Source: Octopus sinensis (Eukaryota). From it: 64,000 bases of DNA. Within the stretch, counting starts at the first letter, position 1, and each line of letters opens with the position of its first letter. The notes beneath the pieces were generated by a model. The model had not been told where the DNA came from. It worked only from the letters and a program-made list of their open reading frames with translations, and did no database searches. The stretch is taken from contig NC_043007.1 of assembly GCF_006345805.1 (NCBI RefSeq), positions 74,834,001 to 74,898,000 on the forward strand, written 5' to 3'. Made by a program: the position numbers and the translations under genes. Of the stretch, positions 54,596-64,000 are shown piece after piece.

Positions 54596-55576
54596 GTATT
54601 GTATGGAACAAACTCTATAAGACATAGTATTTAAAGCTCTGAAAACAAAGGCATTCCAGTCATGAAATTCTTGTCCTGTTAGTCTATCAGAGATAACTGC
54701 ATTATCCAATATAACTTGTCTTCTTTTAAAGATGGTAAAGTACATCTGAGGGAGGGTTTGGTTGTTATTTTAGAGAGGTTGAATGGCCTCTTTGAGGATT
54801 CTTCATTGGTAAAATCTATCCGTTTAAAAGAATTATTTCTAAGTTAACACTCAATGAAGAAAAAGAAAGAGAAAAGAAAAACACAAATTCCATGAATTTC
54901 TTTCAGACCGTAATTATTTTCCATTTCTGAGAAATGTTTCATCATCATCATCATCATTATCTAAAGTCAACAGTTTGACAGGAGCTAGCAAGCCAGAGAA
55001 TTGCACCACACTCCATTGTATGCTTTAGCATAGGTTGGATGCCCTTTCTAATGCCAACCACGTTACAGAATATACTGAGTGCATTTTTATGTGGCACCAG
55101 CACTGGTGCTTTTTACATGGCACCAACACCAGTGGGGTCACCAAACAACTTGTGAAACAAAAACTTCTCTACTGGGTTATAGAGTGGAATTGAGGGAACA
55201 CTTCATAAAAATGTTTCATTTACATACTTTGAGTTATATCATGCAGATGATTTCTAAAAAGAATGAAATAGTGCTACACATCATTACCACTGACTATAAA
55301 TGTTATGAACTTCGTAATAAGTACACAAATAAAAATAAAGTAATCTTAAACATCTGTATTTTATGCACCTTTTTCTTTATTCCTTAATTTCATATTCCAA
55401 CTTTGAATCCCTCCAAATATTATTAAGAAAGGATTATTTCCCTTGGATTAACTGTCCACTAGAGCACTCCACGCATTCTTTTGAGTAATAAAATAGAACA
55501 ATAAAATAGAAACAATTCTAGGTAAATGCAAGCATTAATGAAAATTTAAATGCTTTTTTAAAATTTTTACTTCTAG

Positions 55577-55710
55577 GTTTTGGACGTACTTCGGTCTTTG
55601 TGCGTCGGTAATGATATTGCTGTCCGTACAAATCAAAATCTGATCTGTGACAATTTACTTCCTGGAAGAGATCTTTTATTGCAAACAAAACTTGTTGATC
55701 ATGTCACAAG
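55577..55710 (+). CDS. RyR: RyR exon (134 nt): [44 protein letters not shown](S)
   Basis: ttctag|GTT...ACAAG|gtaagt; [15 protein letters not shown] motif. Confidence 0.97.
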
Positions 55711-56528
55711 GTAAGTTTCTGATATTAAATATTAATAGTGTTTTATTCACTAGAAAGAGGGTGATACAGCCCCAGACATAATATATAAGTTAAATAGTTT
55801 AAATTCATCTCAAAATCTACTTCCTAGTGATTTGTATTTTTGCATTTTGTAAAATTCTCTATCATTTAAATTTTGTTTGAATAAATTTCAAATATCTTAT
55901 TAAGAAAATTTGATATGTGCTGTTTGGTCTAGAGACCTCATCTTCCTTGTTATTGTATTTAACCTCATTCTTTCTGTTCATGATTGCCTACCATATTGTC
56001 TCATCTATACTCCCAGCAGTTTATGCCAAATTGAATAATATTATCAAAAGGTGTTGAAACTGTAATGATATTTAGTCAATAACTGATGAGGGGTTGAGTA
56101 TGTCCCTATCTATTGTGTGTGTTTTCTTCCTGTTTTTGTCCACATGTTCATTTCTTATCCCCCTTATGCTGGCAGAACTGTTAGCATGCCAGGAAAAATG
56201 CTTGGTGGCACTTTGTCCATCTTCATATTCTGAGTTATTCCACTGAAGTCGATTCTGCCTTTCGTCCTTTTAGTATTGATAAAATAAGTGTCAGTGGAGC
56301 ACTGGAGTTGATGTAATCAACTATCCCCCACCCCTCAACTTTCAGGCATTGTGTCTATAATAAAAAGGATTATTACAATTATTATCATAATTAAGACAGT
56401 GACCTGCCAGAATAATTAGCAGACTGGGCAAAATACTAAGTGGCATTTCCTCTGTTTGCTCATTCTGATTTCAAATTCTGCTGAGGTCAACTTTGCCTTT
56501 CATCTTGTCGGGGTTGATAAAATAAGTA

Positions 56529-57423
56529 CTGTAAATCCTTGAGTATAATCCGCCTTTTTTTCCCAAAATTTAAAGGTCAAAATCCTTAGCCCATACTGTG
56601 GAGGCACAATGGCCCAGTGGTTAGGGCAGCGGACTCGCGGTCATAGGATCGCGGTTTCGATTCCCAGACCGGGCGTTGTGAGTGTTTATTGAGCGAAAAC
56701 ACCTTAAGCTCCACGAGGCTCCGGCAGGGGATGGTGGTGATCCCTGCTGTACTCTTTCACCACAACTTTCTCTCACTCTTACTTCCTGTTTCTGTTGTAC
56801 CTGTATTTCAAGGGGCCGGCCTTGTCGCTCTCTGTGTCACGCTAAATATCCCCGAGAACTATGTTAAGGGTACACGTGTCTGTGGAGTGCTCAGCCACTT
56901 ACACGTTAATTTCACAAGCAGGCTGTTCCGTTGATTCGGATCAACCGGAACCCTCATCGTCGTAACCGACGGAGTGCTTCCCCCACTATATATGAGGTTA
57001 AAAATGAAAATTATTTTCTAAGCAATGTCTGAGTCTCTATTTGCTGTCTGGCTATGTTTATTCAGATGCATTTTGTGATGTTGGGCACGAAAATACCTTA
57101 AGCTAAGCCTGAAAGCAATGAAGCATAACTTGCAATAAGCAACATTTATTATACGTTATTACTGTTATTACTGTTATTTCTTTATTTTCTGCAAACAAAA
57201 TGCACAAAAAAGCTACACATTTGCATTATGTTATATATACAATAATGATAAAGTACATTACTGTATACATTTTTACAAACCAAGGATGTTATATAGACCT
57301 CCTTGACTCAAGTTAGAGAAGGGGTGCGTATTATACACATGGTTTAGGTTTTTCATAGGTACAGCCTCCTAAAAATCCCCTGCATATTATACTCGAGGGC
57401 GGACTATACTCAAGGATTTACGG
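56529..57423. mobile_element. Tc1/mariner-superfamily (Tc2/pogo-like) MITE, inserted in a family-2 SINE and carrying an inserted SINE
   Basis: 26-bp TIRs ctgtaaatccttgagtataatccgcc / ggcggactatactcaaggatttacgg (24/26 match), TA on both sides. Confidence 0.8.
56600..56978 (+). mobile_element. tRNA-headed SINE (head A + body Y), young CpG-rich copy
   Basis: ggaggcacaatggcccagtggttagggcagcggactcgcgg...ggtttcgattccc; many intact CpGs. Confidence 0.9.
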
Positions 57424-57559
57424 TATCTGTAGAGTACTGTAATCAACTATCCCCCTCCCCCAGATTTCAGGCCTTGTGCCTATAGTAGGCTGCATCATTT
57501 AAGCTACTTTCTGTTAGTGAAAACAGTTATACTAAACATACAAAATCTTTTTTTTCCAG

Positions 57560-57798
57560 CATGAAGCCTAATACCTATGTTGGGTTACACGAAGGATCGG
57601 CCATGTACAAAAAATGGTATTTTGAAGTGGTTATTGCATTCATTGAACAATGCACACACCAGACACCTGTTCTTCGTATTGGTTGGGGAAATACTGAAGG
57701 TTTTATTCCTTATCCTGGAGGTGGTGAACACTGGGGTGCCAATGGAGTTGGAGATGATCTTTATTCCTATGCATTTGATGGTGTCAACTTGTGGACAG
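57560..57798 (+). CDS. RyR: RyR exon (239 nt), SPRY1 start: [22 protein letters not shown]...[29 protein letters not shown](G)
   Basis: ttccag|CATG...ACAG|gtaaat; matches supplied ORF 57561-57806. Confidence 0.98.
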
Positions 57799-58911
57799 GT
57801 AAATAGTGCTTTATTGATTTATCTTTCATATTTTACTTGTTTCGATTATTTGACTGTGGCCGTGGTGGGGAACTGCTTTGAAGAGTTTTAATCAAATGAA
57901 TCAACACCAGTACTAATTTTCTCTCTTAAAAGTCGCCTACTTATTCTATCAGTTTCTTTTGCCAAACTGTTAAGTTATGAGGACATAAACAAACTAACAC
58001 CAGTTGTCAAGCAGTTACCAGGATGACAAATGCAAAAGCACACATGCTCTTAGATACACAAGCACACACACATATACACACAAACACACATATACACACA
58101 AACACACGTATACACACAAATACACATATACACACAAACACACATATACACACAAACACACATATACACCTGACAGGCTTCTTTCAGTTTCCATGTGCTA
58201 AATCCATTCATAAGAATTTGGTCAGCTCAGGGCTGTAGTAGAAAACCCTTGCCCAAGATGCCACACTGAAGGGCTGAACCCAGAACCATGTGAGTTTGGG
58301 AGCAAACTTCTTACTACACAGCCATTCCTATGACTTTGTTTACAAAAATGGCATCGTCGTTAATATTTATCATTAATTATTCTTGTCATGTTACCAATAT
58401 ATTGGCATCACCAAAATTGAATATTTCAATATATTCTCTCCATTCTAAATGCTTCTTTATTTTTTTTTTTAAGTGAGTCGACAAATAATTTTCATATATT
58501 GTGGAGCTAATTTCCCACCACAATTCTTAGAATGGTCTTGAGACCACTCATGTCTAGAAACTGAGGTTGGGGTAAGCAAGGGCATGCTCCCCATAGAAAA
58601 TCCAGCTCCAAAAAGGCCTCATGATAGCAAAGGAAAATGGGCACCAACCAGCCCAAAGGTTGGGGTGGGCTGCACCTACCTACCTACCTCAGTTGCTATG
58701 GCATTGAGGTAGATCCGGCCACCCCGTTAACGGGGACAAAACCCAGATTTGAAACACTGGATGATGATGACGATGATGATGATGATGATTTTTAGTATCT
58801 CCAAATATTCCATTATTCCACTATATTTTAATATGTCATTATATATTGATGTGCCAGTGTTATTAACTTGTTTTCTTTCATTTTCTTTATTTCCTTATTT
58901 ATTTTATTTAG

Positions 58912-59101
58912 GTGGAAAACCCAAACAAGTTCGACATGAAAGCCAAGTTTTTGAGAAAGCACATACTATCGGCTGTGCTTTAGACTTAAGTATTCCTCAA
59001 ATTTCCTTTACTGTAAATGGAAATAAAGTCCATGGTGTGTTTAAAGACTTCAACACAGATGGAATGTTTTTTCCTGTGGTCAGCATGTCAGCAAGAGTCA
59101 G
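58912..59101 (+). CDS. RyR: RyR exon (190 nt), SPRY1: [62 protein letters not shown](S)
   Basis: atttag|GTGG...GTCAG|gtatga; IGCALDLS.P and FFPVVS motifs. Confidence 0.97.
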
Positions 59102-59307
59102 GTATGACAAGCATTAATTTTGTTTTGTTTTTTTCATTATCATTAGGTGCAGGTGTGGCTGTGTGGTAAAAAGCTTGCTTCCCAACCACATGCACTTACT
59201 GACCTCTATTGCAGCTTACATTTTTTTTTATTCCATATAGAGTAAATTCTCCTTAATCTTTCATATTCCTTCAAAAATAACTCTTAAAGTGATGTCATGT
59301 TATTCTT

Positions 59308-59702
59308 AGTGGCTGTGTGGTAAGTAACTTGCTTACCAACCACATGGTTCCGGGTTCAGTCCCACTATGTGGCACCTTGGGCAAGTGTCTTCTACTATAG
59401 CCTTGGGCTGACCAAAGCCTTGTGAGCGGATTTGGTAGACGGAAACTGAAAAGAAGCCTGTCGTATATATGTATATGTATATATATGTGTGTGTTTGTGT
59501 GTCTGTGTTTGTCTCCCCAACATCGCTTGACAACCGATGCTGGTGTGCTTACGTTCCCATAACTTAGTAGTTCAGCAAAAGAGACCGATAGAATAAGTAC
59601 TAGGCTTACAAAGAATAAGTCCTGGGGTCAATTTGCTCAACTAAAGGCTGTGCTCCAGCATGGCTGCAGTCAAATGACTGAAACAAGTAAAAGAGTAAAA
59701 GA
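59308..59702 (+). mobile_element. tRNA-headed SINE, family 1
   Basis: Colinear with 10991-11386. Confidence 0.9.
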
Positions 59703-59984
59703 GGTAATCACATCATCAAATTCTGTAAGCTTCAAGATAATACATGATTAATTCAAAATAATGCGAATAGATAAGCATTACATTTGATAGAATAATCCAA
59801 TTGCTGAAGGGTTAAATATTTGCTTCTAGGAAATTAAAAAGAACGCTAAATATTTAGGGAAAATATCATAAAAAGAAGCATTTTCAGTAATGTAATTATT
59901 GTTTTGCAAATATCTTTCACATCAATCAAATCAAATCAAATCAAATCAAATCAAATCAAAATAGATGAACATCAATGGAATTTG

Positions 59985-60440
59985 TATCCTTGTGGTACCA
60001 GTGCCGGTGGCACATAAGAAAACCATCCGAGCGTGACCGTAGCCAGTACCGCATCGACTGGCCTCCGTGCTGAGGTCACGTAACAAACACCATCCGAGCG
60101 TGGCCGTTCGCCAGCCTCGTCTGGCACCTGTGTCGGTGGCACATAAAAACACCATCCGAGCGTAGCCGTCTGCCAGCCTCGTCTGGCACCTGTGTCGGTG
60201 GCACATAAAAACACCATCCGAGCGTGGCCGTCTGCCAGCCTCGCCTGGCACCTGTGTCGGTGGCACATAAAATCACCCACTACACTCTCGGAGTGGTTGG
60301 CGTTAGGAAGGGCATCCAGCTGTAGAAACACTGCCAGATCTGACTGGCCTGGTGCAGCCTTCGAGCTTGCCAGACCCCAGTTGAACCGTCCAACCCATGC
60401 TAGCATGGAAAGTGGACGTTAAACGATGATGATGATGATG
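59985..60440 (+). mobile_element. RTE-type 3' end with internal 62-bp tandem repeat
   Basis: Units start at 60088, 60150, 60212; (GAT)n tail at about 60425-60440; preceded by (ATCAA)n at 59921-59960. Confidence 0.85.
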
Positions 60441-60492
60441 ATTTTAAGTGGTTTGTATAAAAAAAAATTTTTTTTCTGCTTTTTTTTTTCAG

Positions 60493-60703
60493 TCTTCGTT
60501 TTATGCTTGGTGGAGAGCATGGACGATTAAAATTTGGTCCACCAGATGGTCATTCACCTGTGCTGGAAAGTTTATTACCAAGAGAGAAGTTGAGAATTGA
60601 CCCATGTTACTACTTTGGAGAACAACACAAGAACATCGTCAGTGGTCCAACAGAAGTTCTCGAATACAATGCATTTGTTCCCGGTCCAATAGACACAACA
60701 CAT
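60493..60703 (+). CDS. RyR: RyR exon (211 nt): LRFMLGGEHGRLKFGPPDGHSPVLESLLPREKLRIDPCYYFGE...FVPGPIDTTH
   Basis: tttcag|TCTT...CAT|gtaatt; RF.LGG.HG.LKF.PP motif. Confidence 0.97.
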
Positions 60704-61146
60704 GTAATTAAACAATAAGTTTTATCGGTTTTTCTTTTGTCACTTAGAAATTAAACTCTGTTTGAAATTGGGTTAACAAAGCGGATGGGAAAATAGATTT
60801 TACTTAACAAAAGGGAATGAACTGCTTTAAAAAACGAAGACAGATTAGAATTATTTTTCATTTTAAATATATATTAGTACTTACAATAATGATTTAATGT
60901 ACAAGATCACCTTAGGAGTCTATTAAAAGATATTATTATTATTGTTATTAATAAGACAGTGAGCTGGCAAAATCGTTAGAATGCTGGGCAAAATGCTTCA
61001 CTGACGCTTTCACCTCCTTTTGGTTGATGAAGTGCCATGAACACAGGAAGTATCTAGTTAAGCTGTAGAGATTTTAGTGATTGTATTGATTCTCAATGGT
61101 CGGATAAGAATAATGATAATGATAATAATAATGATACTCATTTTAG

Positions 61147-61251
61147 GTACAACTTCCAGCATATATTGAAAATGTCCGTGACAAATTAGCAGAAAATATT
61201 CATGAACTGTGGTCTATGAACAAAATCGAACAAGGCTGGACATATGGTGAG
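61147..61251 (+). CDS. RyR: RyR exon (105 nt), Repeat1: [35 protein letters not shown]
   Basis: ttttag|GTA...GAG|gtaagt; [10 protein letters not shown]...GW.YG motif. Confidence 0.98.
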
Positions 61252-61267
61252 GTAAGTTAACAACCTT

Positions 61268-61375
61268 CACTTCTTAAATAACATCATTAATATTGTATAA
61301 ACACTTCTTAAATGATATAATAAATATTTTATAAACACTTCTTAAATAACATCGTTAATATTGTATAAACACTCA
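61268..61375. repeat. About 35-bp AT-rich minisatellite (cttcttaaataacatcattaatattgtataaacac), further copies near 61575-61650
   Basis: Direct reading. Confidence 0.75.
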
Positions 61376-62453
61376 GGCTGATTGATCGGCCCAAGTGATA
61401 CAAACTGAAATGACTTTGAGGCCAATCAGTTGACCCAATGGAACAAATGTTGTGAATGGTTAATTTTTAAGTGTAATAGCTAACAAGAGGTCATCTTTCA
61501 GTAGGTGTATCTAAAAAGAAAAAAAAATCGGGTTTTTTGGCTACACATATCAAAACACCATGTTTCTCAAAAGTGTTTGATAACATTATAAATATTTTAT
61601 GAACACTTCTTTAAATAATATCATAAATATTGTAAACACATCTTTATAAACTTTATCCCCAATCCATAAGTTCTATGTTTTGTTTTTTCAATTAAGAACG
61701 TTAAATTGTTTATTTTTCTTCATTCCCTGCTATCACTTCCATTTCATCCAAATTTTTTCTATCCAGCGATATTAGCTCTAAATTTTCCCCAAAAAGTTTC
61801 AAAAATTATAGTATTTTGCGAAGGCATAGCTTGACAGGTGGCCTTTGAATTTATTGAAAACCCCCTATACAGTCTCATACAGCAGACCCCAAAGTGTCAC
61901 ACCCATTAAAGTATTGCCCAAAGCAGACTACCCCCATCACCACTCTCCCCCAGCTACACAACTGGTATCATGTTCCTGGTGGTTGAGAGGATCAGTACAA
62001 AATCAATAGAATAGAATATCTATTGAATATCTATTGAAAGAACATACACATGTACAGGGTACAATGAGTAAATTGTCACTTCGTTTCTATCTATTTTAAT
62101 ATTTTATATCTACACTTTATTTCTATCAGTGTGAACTCTAATTGTCAGCAGGAATCTTATTGTTGGATGTGTACATAACACTAGACTGGTAGATAAGAGC
62201 ATTGCTATATTGCATTCTATGTTTGAAACCACTCCAGTACTGTGTACATGTTTCAAATAAGACACTTGGTGACAATTGGAAATCAAATCAACATAAACAT
62301 GTGTAAATGTAAATCTTAAAGTATTTTCTTCCCTAAACAAGTTAATAGTCAGAAAAATTATCATATTAACAATATCTCATCTCAAGTGTATAGACAGTTA
62401 AGTAGTGTGTCACTGGTTAATTCACTTTCTATTTTGGAAATGTCAAAATACAT

Positions 62454-63017
62454 TTAACTTTTCAGCATTTAAACCAACCAAATCAGGCCCAAATATTCTA
62501 CTTGTTTCATGCTGAAATTGGTGAGATCCAGTTTCTCACATCTACTCTACAAAGTCATTTTAAAAATAAACATTCACATTATTGAAATCTCAAAGCTATG
62601 AAATAACACCTGATTAATTCAAAACAATGTGAAATAAATAAGCATTATTTTTCAACAGAATGTGCATGGCTTAGTGGTTAGGGCATTCAGCTCACGATTG
62701 TAAAGTCGTGAGTTCAATTCCTGACAACGCATTGTGTCCTTGAGCAAGACACTTTATTTCACGTTACTCTAGTCCACTCAGCTGGCAAAAATGAGTTGTA
62801 CCTGTATTTCAAAGGGCTGGCCTTGTCACACTCTGTGTCATGCTGAATCTCCCTGAGAACTACGTTAAGGGTACACGTGTCTGTGGATTGCTCAGTCACT
62901 TGCACGTTAATTTCACGAGCAGGCTGTTCCATTGATTATATCAGCTGGGACCCTCGTCGTCGTAACCTACGGAGTGCTCCTATATTCAACAGAATAATCT
63001 GAATGTGGAAAGATTAA
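62454..63017. mobile_element. TTAA-ended MITE interrupted by a SINE (head B + body Y, 62662-62984, 11-bp TSD)
   Basis: TSD ttcaacagaat at 62651-62661 and 62985-62995; TTAA at both outer ends; related MITE pieces at about 36490-36680 and 59705-59815. Confidence 0.7.
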
Positions 63018-63454
63018 TCTACCCAAAATTATTATATAGAAGTCCCATCAAATTACCTTGCTGTCTTTATTCTTGTACACCCAACTATTTATTTTTGTTG
63101 TAGCATCTCAAGTTACTCAACAGATCTAAATTTTAATGAGCCCAATTAATAGAAGTTAACAATAACTTCAGAACTCTCCATGACCAACACACACATAAAT
63201 CTAATAAACCTGTAAAAGGTTTCTATGGAAGATACAGTTTTACTGCTGCAAACACAGTTCCATTGGCAAGCTGTCTGTACTGCCAATATACTTCAATAAT
63301 AGATTGTGTGATAGTGCAAATCCTTCCACTGCCAAGCAAATAAAATCCAAAGATAACAACTTTAAATTCCACATTTTGCATTTACACCAAAGCTAATAGT
63401 TTGCTGTCTGTGATACATTTTTTTTATAACATTTCCAAAACTTGATATTTTTAG

Positions 63455-63558
63455 GTCAGAGATGATGCAAGGAAAAAACATCCCTGTCTCTGTACTTTTG
63501 AACAACTGCCAATGTCTGAGAAAAAATATGATATTACGCTGGCTTTTGAAACATTAAG
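63455..63558 (+). CDS. RyR: RyR exon (104 nt): VRDDARKKHPCLCTFEQLPMSEKKYDITLAFETL(R)
   Basis: ttttag|GTC...TTAAG|gtgatt; RDD..K.HPCL motif; ends in phase 2, next exon outside the window. Confidence 0.97.
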
Positions 63559-63697
63559 GTGATTAAATACACATATTTTTTTGCTTATTATCTGTGATAT
63601 TTAACATAAACTGCTTTTTAGTTGAAAATAATATTATCTTGTAACTGAATACAATACTATAAAATCTTACAAATCTAAGTAAACATATTCTTTATTA

Positions 63698-63745
<48 letters not shown>

Positions 63746-64000
63746 CCATTAAGGTGGCAAGGTGGCAGAATTGTTAGCATATCGGGCAAAATGCTTAGTA
63801 GCGTTTCATCTGTCTTTATGTTCTGAGATCAAATTCTGCTATTGTCGACTTTGCCTTTCATCCTTTTGAGATCAATAAGTTTTAGAATAAGGGGTAAGTC
63901 GAGTATATCAGCCCTAGAGCTCAACTGGTATTTATTTTATCAACCTCTAAAGGATGAAAATCAAAGTCAATCTTGGTGGCATTTGAACTCAGAGTGTAAA

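Noticed and set aside
56078-56115. CTGATGAG followed by a short GG/CC stem
   Set aside because: No GAAA or stem III downstream; not a complete hammerhead (similar isolated CTGATGA at about 33776)
56600-56670. tRNA-like sequences with A and B boxes (also 10991, 26182, 62662)
   Set aside because: SINE heads continuing into repeat bodies; no full cloverleaf or acceptor stem, so not called as tRNA genes
58040-58170. Regularly spaced 18-bp repeats and the 62-bp array at 60088 as possible CRISPR-like arrays
   Set aside because: No unique spacers, eukaryotic intron context; they are tandem expansions inside retroposons

Overview
AT-rich, microsatellite- and retroposon-dense eukaryotic DNA. The repeat content (tRNA-headed SINEs, RTE-type LINE 3' ends with (GAT)n tails, Penelope-like ends, long (TA)n/(TATG)n arrays) points to a coleoid cephalopod, most likely Octopus; this is an inference. 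The only host gene I can support is a ryanodine receptor (RyR) on the + strand. It has 18 consecutive GT-AG exons from 39304 to 63558 that splice in frame (2356 nt, about 785 codons, no stops). They cover most of the N-terminal beta-trefoil domains, the N-terminal solenoid, SPRY1 and the start of Repeat1-2, and the gene continues beyond both window edges. No RyR-like exon was recognised in the first 39 kb, which behaves as one very large intron holding a few candidate microexons. The most interesting non-coding signal is a set of Penelope-like element ends from several families that carry hammerhead ribozyme (HHR) motifs and fold-back inversions. One family has, in all five copies, a non-canonical hammerhead-like core GUGAACA instead of CUGANGA, a compensatory 3-8 base-pair swap. 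Also present are two mariner remnants with intact TIR/TA ends, a three-layer nested insertion, a local 195-nt copy inserted at a hairpin tip (possibly an assembly artefact), and RyR codons where A-to-I editing would restore the conserved residue. Most ORFs in the supplied track are microsatellite or repeat artefacts.
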